64,000 bases of DNA from a virus. The notes below the pieces were generated by a model. It had not been told where the DNA came from and ran no database searches. It was given only the letters and a program-made list of their open reading frames with translations. The translations under genes were made by a program, and so were the position numbers. The stretch covers positions 7,708 to 71,707 of IMG/VR virus record IMGVR_UViG_3300021961_007606. One strand, 5' to 3'. Shown here piece by piece: positions 1 to 8,105 of the stretch. How positions within the stretch are numbered: position 1 is the first letter of the stretch; each line of letters starts with the position of its first letter.

Positions 1-109
1 ACAACTGAGACAATGCTGTAGTTGGATTAGTTGTACTACAGAAATCTGATAACCACTTTTGTGTGGCAACCATATCCTGAACACGCTTATGTGCTTCTGA
101 GTAGGTCAT
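1..109 (-). CDS. hypothetical protein, partial (runs off the left edge)
   Basis: Hand-translated MTYSEAHKRVQDMVATQKWLSDF...; ATG overlaps the upstream TAA (TAATG). Confidence 0.55.
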   Translation of the reverse strand, partial: MTYSEAHKRVQDMVATQKWLSDFCSTTNPTTALSQL

Positions 110-222
110 TATTTACGTACGTAATCTTTCTGAGGCTTAGGACGTCCTTTACCTCGTTTAATGTCTTCTAACCAAGCTTTTAAAGTTTCAATTTGCAGTA
201 ATTTACTTTTTGACTTTCCCAT
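109..222 (-). CDS. small basic hypothetical protein (37 aa)
   Basis: Hand-translated MGKSKSKLLQIETLKAWLEDIKRGKGRPKPQKDYVRK; TATTTATA motif 5 nt upstream. Confidence 0.6.
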   Translation of the reverse strand: MGKSKSKLLQIETLKAWLEDIKRGKGRPKPQKDYVRK

Positions 223-254
223 AGTTTTATAAATATAAGTTAAATTTTAATTGT

Positions 255-659
255 TTACAACTCTCCTTGTACTAAAATGATTTTATCACTCAGCTGACCA
301 TTTACAAAGGTATGGTACTCAGCATGAGCAATGTTTTGTTTGTTTTCTTCAACGTGTTTAACAAACTCAGCTTCACTGCCTGCTAAAGCAAATGTACCAA
401 GCTCATAACCAACATCACCACGATATTGTAATCTGTAGCATCCCGATCCAAAAACCTCTTTAAGATCAAACTTTGGTAAGATCTCAAATCCCTCTTCATC
501 TGTTTTACCGATTTCCTCTCGGTTTACAATAGTGAACTGACGAGTGTATCCACACTTATCGCATATTGTATATTCTTCTCCTGTTTTGTAATAGTAATCT
601 ACTACTGCATCCGGATTGCCACATTGTGGACAATCAATTGCATCCATTATTGATCCCAT
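255..659 (-). CDS. zinc-ribbon hypothetical protein
   Basis: CPQC...CDKC pairs; tight gene packing. Confidence 0.7.
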   Translation of the reverse strand: MGSIMDAIDCPQCGNPDAVVDYYYKTGEEYTICDKCGYTRQFTIVNREEIGKTDEEGFEILPKFDLKEVFGSGCYRLQYRGDVGYELGTFALAGSEAEFVKHVEENKQNIAHAEYHTFVNGQLSDKIILVQGEL

Positions 660-660
660 A

Positions 661-1020
661 TTAGTTTAATTTAGTTTTTGCTTCATCTATATGACGACAC
701 TTCCGTCTAAAACTATATCCAGTACAATCACAACTCCAGCCACTCTTATCAAATGTCACAGTGTAATGACCTGTACCTTTACTGTTTTTTATCTGCCATG
801 ACCAATCTTTACTTGATACTTCTTGTGTGGTTTTTCTCACAAAGAGCTTTTGAGCATCATGAAAAGAAAACGTATCTGATACTTTGTACCATCCATCAAC
901 ATTGTTTGTGGAATTAACCACTATCATGTAATGACCGTTGAGTGTGTCAACAACGGTAGGATTTATTGTACCAATAATCTTTTTAGGTATCTTCTTTGTC
1001 GTCGTAACCTTTGCTTTCAT
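661..1020 (-). CDS. SWIM zinc-finger protein
   Basis: C-terminal YTV...WSCDC...RRKCRHI (CxC-xn-CxH). Confidence 0.75.
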   Translation of the reverse strand: MKAKVTTTKKIPKKIIGTINPTVVDTLNGHYMIVVNSTNNVDGWYKVSDTFSFHDAQKLFVRKTTQEVSSKDWSWQIKNSKGTGHYTVTFDKSGWSCDCTGYSFRRKCRHIDEAKTKLN

Positions 1021-1423
1021 TGTCGTTAAAGTTTTTTAGATATACTAATAGTTTATACATCTTTTCTAAGAAAAGAGGATCAATAGACTCTTTGAGTTTC
1101 TCCATATATGCTTGCACTTCCTTAACCACAGGATATCCGATTTCATACAAATCTTCTACAGCATGTGATGTAGTATCAAACTTTTTACCAGCCAAATACT
1201 TGAGAAGTTTTTCATCTTTGGTTATAAGATGCTCCACAAACGAAATAAACGAAAGCTTAAATGGATGCTTTGTCATTTTATCAAAATGAACATAAAAGAA
1301 CCCACTTCCAGCATTCTTAAAGTTATAAATTGGTTCAACACCAGTTACTTCATACTTAGCACTTGTTAAGTCAAAGTCTTCTTTGTCTAAAGGTTCCATA
1401 CGATTAGTATTGATATTTACCAA
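983..1423 (-). CDS. hypothetical protein (start may be the internal MEPLDK)
   Basis: ORF track; contiguous with neighbours. Confidence 0.6.
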   Translation of the reverse strand: MVNINTNRMEPLDKEDFDLTSAKYEVTGVEPIYNFKNAGSGFFYVHFDKMTKHPFKLSFISFVEHLITKDEKLLKYLAGKKFDTTSHAVEDLYEIGYPVVKEVQAYMEKLKESIDPLFLEKMYKLLVYLKNFNDNESKGYDDKEDT

Positions 1424-1634
1424 CTTGTTGCTTGTAATGTTCTAATTGTGCAGCAACTTGAGGATCACGAATAATCTCAAACTCCTGATACCCATCATCT
1501 TCCAATTCACCGTGCTGAACAACGTTCAAACTAAAAGGTGATGCTGTTGAGTGCTGTACACACGTTACTGCATTTGGAATTGCTTTTAAACGACCTGCTG
1601 GAATCTCAGATCCACATACTTTACATGTTTTCAT
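1404..1634 (-). CDS. TraR/DksA C4-type zinc-finger protein
   Basis: CKVCGSEIPAGRLKAIPNAVTCVQH fits the DksA/TraR finger CxxCGxxIPxxRLxAxPxxxxCxxC (last C is H). Confidence 0.75.
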   Translation of the reverse strand: MKTCKVCGSEIPAGRLKAIPNAVTCVQHSTASPFSLNVVQHGELEDDGYQEFEIIRDPQVAAQLEHYKQQVGKYQY

Positions 1635-1703
1635 AGTTATTGTGTTTTTATATAAGGGTAAAGGTACAAATCTTTATCTAAATATCAACCGCTTAATAAA
1701 AAA

Positions 1704-1758
1704 ATAACTCCCTGAGTATCAAGGAGTTATATAACTATCTGATTATCAGGGAGATTAT
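1704..1758. repeat. two tandem imperfect 27-28 bp palindromes (may double as a terminator)
   Basis: ATAACTCCCTGAGTATCAAGGAGTTAT followed directly by ATAACTATCTGATTATCAGGGAGATTAT; A-run on the left gives a U-tract on the minus strand. Confidence 0.65.
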
Positions 1759-2099
1759 TTCCACTTCCCGTTTTGCACGATTTGCGCGATAATTCCGTAA
1801 ATGGACATATCTTGAAAGGTATCTGTAGTGGATTCTGAAGTAACATTTGGCTTTTGATTGAGTAAAACGAGATTCTTTAGCCGATTCATTTTATCATTCA
1901 TTCGAAACCATAATCCAGTCAACGACAACTTTACCTCTTCAGGAGTTTCTAAGTTAGTACCAACCGATATGTTTCCTTTACCATAATCAAGCATCTTAGC
2001 TGCAAACAAGTTGAATTGTTCAGCTGCAATACGCTTATACTCTTGAGCAATCTCAGGATAGCGTTGTTCCAGTTCTTGGATGCTATTATTGCTTGCCAT
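1755..2099 (-). CDS. DUF1599 / nucleotide-modification-associated (Nmad1-like) alpha-helical protein
   Basis: KMLDYG..NI...GLWFRMNDKMNRL.NL...ES..DT..D...Y pattern. Confidence 0.7.
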   Translation of the reverse strand: MASNNSIQELEQRYPEIAQEYKRIAAEQFNLFAAKMLDYGKGNISVGTNLETPEEVKLSLTGLWFRMNDKMNRLKNLVLLNQKPNVTSESTTDTFQDMSIYGIIAQIVQNGKWK

Positions 2100-2325
2100 A
2101 TGTATCAGGAGTTTCAGATGGAGTAATCAATTGAATAATACGACTCTCAGTAGCTGAGCTGATCATATACTCTTCTTGGAATTGTTCCATAAACTTAACT
2201 ACACGAGCTTCTGCTTCGGTAACTGTTAGAGCTTCAACTAAATGACGCTCAGTAGCTGTTTTAAGTTTGCCTTTAGCGTCTTCACGCTTAATCTTTACTG
2301 TAACTTGAAAATACTTGTTATTCAT
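2086..2325 (-). CDS. DUF4494-family protein
   Basis: YFQVTVK...GKLK...E..LVEALTVTEAEARV, a Bacteroidota-associated family. Confidence 0.7.
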   Translation of the reverse strand: MNNKYFQVTVKIKREDAKGKLKTATERHLVEALTVTEAEARVVKFMEQFQEEYMISSATESRIIQLITPSETPDTYGKQ

Positions 2326-2335
2326 ATTATTTGTT

Positions 2336-3247
2336 TTATTTAATTAATATACCATGTTTCTTTCTGTATTCCAACAGAGCCTTCTCCTTTTGTTTAACTT
2401 CCAACATTACATCAACATCATGACCATATAGATCAATAGTTTCATAAACATAGTCAGCATGTGCTTGTACTTTTGCTTTAGGATCTTCTATTTGTTTACA
2501 CGAAGAATAATGAACAACCGGTTTAATACCTTCAGGCCACGTTGCAACAGCCAATTTGAGAGACTCGCTGTGAGATAGATCCCCAGGATTGCAACTATGA
2601 TGGTGATAGTCAAACACAATAGGAACACCTGTGTGGTTATGTACGCCATGATATAAATCATACGTAGTAAATAAGCTAGGTTTGTCATCGTTTTCTATAG
2701 TAAGTCTTTTTCTTGTATTCTCATCCAGTTTCTGATAATTAGCACACCATTGCTTTAATACAGCATACTTGTCTTTGTATGCTGCTCCAATGTGTATATT
2801 GATCTTGTTATACACTGAGGGTGTAAATCCCATCAAGTCAAAGATTTCAGAATGATGTCTTAAATCAACCATTGTACGTTGTACTACGTTTTCTTTCTGA
2901 GATCCTAAGATATTGAAAGGTCCTGGATGATATGTTAATCGTTGGTTAGTTGCTGTTGCATACTTGCCAATTGCACTAAGCAATTCACATATCTCTTTGT
3001 ATTGTGGTAAGTCTTTGTATTCATACTCACTACTCCATGGAAAGATATCGGAACCTATGCGATAAAAGGTAATACCATTTGCAGCATTCCATTCAAGTAT
3101 GCGATGCAAGTCACGAAGGTTTTGTACACCTAAGTCACCTACATACTTTAAGCCTCCTTTTTGAAATGTGTCTTTCCTGCATGTCCTACCAGCAAAGATC
3201 TTTTTCTTACGTAATTCTACGTTAATACAAGCGTAACCTAAATTCAT
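2336..3247 (-). CDS. uvsE: UV-damage endonuclease
   Basis: LGYACIN, RLTYHPG, INIHIG, LTIENDD, VFDYHHH, HYS, HADY, MLEVKQKE motifs. Confidence 0.9.
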   Translation of the reverse strand: MNLGYACINVELRKKKIFAGRTCRKDTFQKGGLKYVGDLGVQNLRDLHRILEWNAANGITFYRIGSDIFPWSSEYEYKDLPQYKEICELLSAIGKYATATNQRLTYHPGPFNILGSQKENVVQRTMVDLRHHSEIFDLMGFTPSVYNKINIHIGAAYKDKYAVLKQWCANYQKLDENTRKRLTIENDDKPSLFTTYDLYHGVHNHTGVPIVFDYHHHSCNPGDLSHSESLKLAVATWPEGIKPVVHYSSCKQIEDPKAKVQAHADYVYETIDLYGHDVDVMLEVKQKEKALLEYRKKHGILIK

Positions 3248-3249
3248 GT

Positions 3250-3840
3250 TTATTTTATTTCATAATCCCAGAAGGTCTTGCCTTGTGGTGGGATTACATT
3301 ATCAAAATAAAATATACGAGTCTTTTTTGAGTTTTCAAAGTAAATTGTTTTGTAGAATCCGGAAGGCACTGAGGCTCCGGTAGTTAGTTTTTTTGAGTTC
3401 TTGAAAACTAATCTAATGTATATAGAAACTGGTTCTTGTTTTGCCCATTCACGTTCTTGAGCTTCTAACAATCTCCATAAACCTCTATTGAGTCGTTCTT
3501 GTTGCAAAGCACAGTTTGCATAACTAAAAGTATTCCAAAGATCCATCTTACTGCAATTAAAATCTGCTGCTGGTGCTAAGTGACCTTTATCCCATTCATT
3601 GTTTGCATAGTCAGCATCATCAGAAGTAAAGTATTCAGTTTCAATACGAAAGTCCATACCATTACGTTGAGCCTTGCCATCTAAACAAGTAACGCGATAT
3701 TTAACCCATAAAGGTTGTTCTAACTTTTCACTGTACATAACTTTGTAGATACCTTTATCGATTGCTACAGAGTCATAAAGAGGTCGTTGTTGTGCTACCG
3801 TTAGTGTTGGTAACAAAAGAATTAATAAGAGTTTTTTCAT
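3250..3840 (-). CDS. DNA/RNA non-specific endonuclease (NucA/EndoG family) with signal peptide
   Basis: DKGHLAPAAD, N..LQ...LNRGLWR.LE, VPSGFYK; N-terminus MKKLLLILLLPTLTVAQ. Confidence 0.85.
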   Translation of the reverse strand: MKKLLLILLLPTLTVAQQRPLYDSVAIDKGIYKVMYSEKLEQPLWVKYRVTCLDGKAQRNGMDFRIETEYFTSDDADYANNEWDKGHLAPAADFNCSKMDLWNTFSYANCALQQERLNRGLWRLLEAQEREWAKQEPVSIYIRLVFKNSKKLTTGASVPSGFYKTIYFENSKKTRIFYFDNVIPPQGKTFWDYEIK

Positions 3841-4091
3841 AGTGGTGCAAGTTTTGCTGGAATGTCATGCTCGTGTAGTATCTTTAAAACTGCTCTTGCT
3901 TTATCTTGCTCAGAGGCTTTAAAGGATTTCACAAGGTACTCTCCTTTATTAAATATCATGTGAGCACAATTAGCAGCTTGAGAATAATGATATCCTAAAG
4001 AATGTCTGAACACTTCTGCAAGAAATCTCTCATTGTTTAAGTCGTTATGAAAAACAATTAAGCCAATATGTTTAGCTCTCTTACTCACCAC
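3837..4091 (-). CDS. divergent ClpS-like adaptor protein
   Basis: IVFHND...GYHYSQAANCAHMIFNKGEYLVKS resembles Bacteroidota ClpS (LYNDD...EQAEQC..IVHYKG). Confidence 0.55.
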   Translation of the reverse strand: MVSKRAKHIGLIVFHNDLNNERFLAEVFRHSLGYHYSQAANCAHMIFNKGEYLVKSFKASEQDKARAVLKILHEHDIPAKLAPL

Positions 4092-4510
4092 TTACCTAAT
4101 GGACATCGATCTTCCATACTTCTTACTTTTGCACTGAGATTACAACCACACTTGCCACACTTCATACCTTGTATTTGTTTTGTTTTATTATCAACTACAA
4201 TAGAATATAAACCAAACTTTTCTGCAAACGGACAAGTTGCACAGATTTTAGCTCTACTCGTCGCAACAGCTTCAACTTCAGGATCATTGTATATTAAATG
4301 AGCAAAACCATCAATAATGTTTTTTAATACTACGTCTGACTGTCTTGTTTTTATCTTAACACTTAATATAGTGTTTTTTAACCAACTTAAGCACCATATA
4401 ATAATAAATGGAATTATTAAAACCACAAACTTAGTAAGCTTGTAGTGCTTTTTTTTACGATAATTTGGAATATACTGCTTTTCCCAGTTTTTAATCTTTA
4501 AAAAAGTCAT
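4085..4510 (-). CDS. membrane-anchored Cys-rich protein
   Basis: Hydrophobic FVVLIIPFIIIWCL; C-terminal CATC...CGKCGC...CPLGKW. Confidence 0.55.
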   Translation of the reverse strand: MTFLKIKNWEKQYIPNYRKKKHYKLTKFVVLIIPFIIIWCLSWLKNTILSVKIKTRQSDVVLKNIIDGFAHLIYNDPEVEAVATSRAKICATCPFAEKFGLYSIVVDNKTKQIQGMKCGKCGCNLSAKVRSMEDRCPLGKW

Positions 4511-5136
4511 ATGTTGTTTAGGTTTTTAAGTAGTTCAATCTTTTCTTCTTCGGATAGTAAATCCATACTTGACATAACTTCCATACTTTTGTCTGAGTCT
4601 AAAACTTGTGAAGTTGGAATTACCTCTTCTGGTCTATCGTAATACTTTGATCTCATATCAGTCTTGGTTAAATCACCTACCAAGGTAAAATAACAATTAA
4701 AGCAAAGCACTTCTAGATTTTCACGTCTGTGATCTGTTTGATTACCATTAATGTGATGTAATGCTAATGGTGTACGTAAATCCATTGGACGTTTCTGACA
4801 GTAGCCACAATGATTACACTTTTCTTCAATATAACCACTTATGATCATTCGACGTAAAAGCTTTTCTCTTGGGTACTGTGGATACTTTCCTAATAGTATA
4901 TCATCTAAAAGAAATCGTTTCTTGGAAACGTGAGTCTTGGATATTCCAGATCCTGCTTGATTAAGGTGTACATCAAATAAACTAACACCTTCTTTGTTTT
5001 TATATAGCTTAGCAAACCTTTTATATAAGTTATAGCTTACACGAAGGTACTCGGCTGCAGCTCTATTGGAGCGTGTAACCTTTATTGCAGTCTCAATCTG
5101 AGCCTGCATTAAGACTCTAGTTCTTGCCTTCTTCAT
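4507..5136 (-). CDS. HNH nuclease-domain protein with N-terminal HTH
   Basis: CNHC...LHHINGNQTDHRRENLEVLCFNC; SNRAAAEYLRVSY helix-turn-helix. Confidence 0.8.
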   Translation of the reverse strand: MKKARTRVLMQAQIETAIKVTRSNRAAAEYLRVSYNLYKRFAKLYKNKEGVSLFDVHLNQAGSGISKTHVSKKRFLLDDILLGKYPQYPREKLLRRMIISGYIEEKCNHCGYCQKRPMDLRTPLALHHINGNQTDHRRENLEVLCFNCYFTLVGDLTKTDMRSKYYDRPEEVIPTSQVLDSDKSMEVMSSMDLLSEEEKIELLKNLNNI

Positions 5137-5142
5137 TGTAAC

Positions 5143-5622
5143 TTATAACTTTTGTAGTATCTGTCTAGCTATTATGCATTTGTCGTACTGTTCTATAGCA
5201 ATAAAGTATTCAAGGGATTGCTGTACTCCATTCTTCCAATCATCCTTGTCGGAGGTTATGTACACTCCAGTACCATTAAGCTCAAACAATCTTATAGAAT
5301 CTCTTTGAGCTCTAATACCTTCTTCCACAGCTTGTAGTATGCGAGCATACACAAACTCTTGATTATCTTCAAAAAAGTCATCTGCTTCAGTTTCTTCTAA
5401 TACTGGGATGCTTGGAATCTCTGTGAACTTGAACTCAGCTGGTTTGGCTTCGATCATCTCAATATCTAAAGCACCATATAAGTCTGCTAGTTTCCAAACT
5501 ACCTCATCTCTTTTCTTTACACCATCAGCAGCTTCTGTATGAATAATTGCTTGACCATCTAGAACTTCGATTGTGAAAGTTCTATTGTTTTTTCTGCCTG
5601 ACGATGTAACAACTATCTTCAT
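5143..5622 (-). CDS. hypothetical protein with UVR-like C-terminal helix pair
   Basis: EQYDKCIIARQIL; TATTTATA motif upstream. Confidence 0.65.
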   Translation of the reverse strand: MKIVVTSSGRKNNRTFTIEVLDGQAIIHTEAADGVKKRDEVVWKLADLYGALDIEMIEAKPAEFKFTEIPSIPVLEETEADDFFEDNQEFVYARILQAVEEGIRAQRDSIRLFELNGTGVYITSDKDDWKNGVQQSLEYFIAIEQYDKCIIARQILQKL

Positions 5623-5636
5623 ACAAATATAAATAG

Positions 5637-5792
5637 CTACTTACTAACTCCAAATAGCTTTAAAAAGGATTTTAAAGATAGCCTCTTTGTAGCTGCAAAC
5701 CATCTTGCTGCTGTTAGTCTGGACTCCTCTGACTTCTTTGCAATAGGCTCTTGCTTTTTATCTGTACGTGAATAAAAGTAAAATAGTTTCAT
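5637..5792 (-). CDS. small hypothetical protein (51 aa), not in ORF track
   Basis: Hand-translated MKLFYFYSRTDKKQEPI...LKLFGVSK; ATGA overlap with upstream stop. Confidence 0.6.
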   Translation of the reverse strand: MKLFYFYSRTDKKQEPIAKKSEESRLTAARWFAATKRLSLKSFLKLFGVSK

Positions 5793-6034
5793 CGTGTTCT
5801 AACTTTTAGTTTACCAATAGCAGTTAAGAACTGCTCTATAGTAAATATCTTAGGAGACATATCCGAACGTATCTTAATAAGAGGTAGTATTTCTGGCTGA
5901 GAGTCAACAATCTTCATGAGAGTTGTTAATCCAGTACCAGCCCAGAAAACACCAAAAGATGCTTCACCTAACAAATTAGCTTCGTTAAGAGCATCCTCTT
6001 CTGTATCTCCAGGCATTAGTAAGAAGTATGTCAT
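5789..6034 (-). CDS. hypothetical protein
   Basis: ORF track; overlapping start/stop with neighbours. Confidence 0.65.
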   Translation of the reverse strand: MTYFLLMPGDTEEDALNEANLLGEASFGVFWAGTGLTTLMKIVDSQPEILPLIKIRSDMSPKIFTIEQFLTAIGKLKVRTR

Positions 6035-7332
6035 TATTCAAATTTAAAGGTATCTATTTTTAAAAGAGTATCTATTGTAGAAACTCGTTTGTAGTCTTGT
6101 GATAAGTCTTGTTTTTGTTTTATCTCAATAACCAATGGACCAAAAGCAAAACTACCTACCTCAGTATCAGCCACAATAGAGTGTATATTCTCTATAACCT
6201 TCTTCATTTCCTCATTAAATCCTTTTACAAATTCAGAATACTTGAAGGAGATAACTACGTCAGTATTAGGTTTAGTGTTTGCTTGTATTTTTTCAAAAAA
6301 GTTAGTTGGATTAAATAGTAGTTGTTTATTTAACCAATGTTCTGTTGAATACTTCCATCTAAGATTACTATAATAGTGAGCTTCAAATTCAATCTGACTT
6401 GCGAGTTGATGTGCTACAGATTCATCATTCAAATGCATCTTCTTACAAAAAGGTTCTAAAAATTTAAGTAAGTTTAAATCTGCATACCGATCCAAATCAA
6501 TATTAAAAGCAATATCGTAAACTGGTTTAGGATGATGTCCAAAAAATCCCCACTTTCTAATAAACCTTTTTAGTTCTTGATGATCAGCTTGGTGTTGTAA
6601 TTCATTCTTATAATCAGCTTCTGGGTTTTGTTTAAACCAATCGGTACCTCTACTTGATATACAAGTAAAATGATATACACATGCATTCCAAGATTGAATC
6701 ATAGCCAATCCACACAAATCCATTCTCAATATTGTATCCGAATCCTCTCGTGAGCATCTAAATTGTGTATCAAATCCACCCAATTTATCAAACCATGCAG
6801 ATTTGTATATTGCAAAAGGTGCAAAATGACCTACCATGTTGGGTCTATTTTCTTTCTGCAATGTATCAACATAAGCATTAAACTCTTCGTATTTAAACTC
6901 CTCAGGAATTAATCCAAAATCCATTACAATCTTTTCGGGTGAAGGTGGATGCAATGGTGGTTCAATTCGAGCACAAGCTAATACAGTATTCTCGTTAATG
7001 TTATCTGATATATGTTTATCAAAATCCTTTCCAACAACCATATCAGATTGCAAATAACATACTATATCGTTAGTAGCTGCATCAAACATTACAGAGACGT
7101 TACGTTGACTACCTATTGGAAATCCGGTAGTGTTTTTACATATTCTAAGATTAGGTAGCTTTTGTTTAATCTCAAGCAATGCTTCATATGTATTTTGGTT
7201 GTCTGAATCTATAAACACCAAGATCTCATGTCTTTTAATGTCTGTGTGATCTTGTAAAGACCTTAATACTAGTTTAGTATATTCCTTTTCGTTATTAGCA
7301 GAAGCAATACAAAATGTGATTGGTTTAGTCAT
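6034..7332 (-). CDS. glycosyltransferase family 2
   Basis: ITFCIAS.N...LQSDMV (DXD-like), GGFD..F...EDSD, VYHF. Confidence 0.85.
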   Translation of the reverse strand: MTKPITFCIASANNEKEYTKLVLRSLQDHTDIKRHEILVFIDSDNQNTYEALLEIKQKLPNLRICKNTTGFPIGSQRNVSVMFDAATNDIVCYLQSDMVVGKDFDKHISDNINENTVLACARIEPPLHPPSPEKIVMDFGLIPEEFKYEEFNAYVDTLQKENRPNMVGHFAPFAIYKSAWFDKLGGFDTQFRCSREDSDTILRMDLCGLAMIQSWNACVYHFTCISSRGTDWFKQNPEADYKNELQHQADHQELKRFIRKWGFFGHHPKPVYDIAFNIDLDRYADLNLLKFLEPFCKKMHLNDESVAHQLASQIEFEAHYYSNLRWKYSTEHWLNKQLLFNPTNFFEKIQANTKPNTDVVISFKYSEFVKGFNEEMKKVIENIHSIVADTEVGSFAFGPLVIEIKQKQDLSQDYKRVSTIDTLLKIDTFKFE

Positions 7333-8105
7333 ATTAAGTTGTGATAAGAGTTTATAATACCATCATACAAACCTCGATACGATAAACCAAGATCTGTGAA
7401 AGTACCAATGTAATCTTCAGCTAATCCTGGCTGAAGGGTTGATATCGCTAATCTATTTTTACCTAAACGATTGATTATGCTAGCAATATCGTTAAGCGTG
7501 TACTTTTCTTTATAGCAACAATCTATCTCTTTAGGAACATTGTCTGTGTGAATGTAATGCTCAATAAGAGTTCTTAAATCCTCCATATAGAAAAAGTCCA
7601 TACGTTTATTTTGATGAATTATTAAATCTTGCTCAGTTGCATATCTTTGCAAGTTTCCTTTAATAAATCTTCTATCTAATTCATTCTCATCAAACACAGC
7701 AAAGATCCTAAGGTTATAGCAATTAGGTTTATCTAGCATAGAATATCTTATTGCCAACTTACTTATTCCATACCATGTTGTAGGTAACCCTATTTCAGCA
7801 CCAGATCCAAAGCTAATAAACTTAGCATGTTGAGCTGCGTACTTGTAAACATTATGGTACATAATAAAGTTGTTATCAATAACACTCGAAGTTTCAGATT
7901 GCAATCTGTTTCCTCCTTCAATAGCAGTATGTATTACTACATCGTATACTTTGTTGTTAAAATAATCTTTACAAGCTTTTTGATCCAAAAGATTCACATC
8001 CTGTCTTGTTACAGTTTCAATAGTACAGTCTTTTAGCCCTTTTGCTAAACTTTTAGCTATATAACCATTGCCACCCGTTATTAAGACTTTTTTTAGGATA
8101 GCCAT
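7329..8105 (-). CDS. NAD-dependent epimerase/reductase (YerF-like position)
   Basis: ITGGNGYIA, FGSGAE, YGISK. Confidence 0.85.
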   Translation of the reverse strand: MAILKKVLITGGNGYIAKSLAKGLKDCTIETVTRQDVNLLDQKACKDYFNNKVYDVVIHTAIEGGNRLQSETSSVIDNNFIMYHNVYKYAAQHAKFISFGSGAEIGLPTTWYGISKLAIRYSMLDKPNCYNLRIFAVFDENELDRRFIKGNLQRYATEQDLIIHQNKRMDFFYMEDLRTLIEHYIHTDNVPKEIDCCYKEKYTLNDIASIINRLGKNRLAISTLQPGLAEDYIGTFTDLGLSYRGLYDGIINSYHNLI

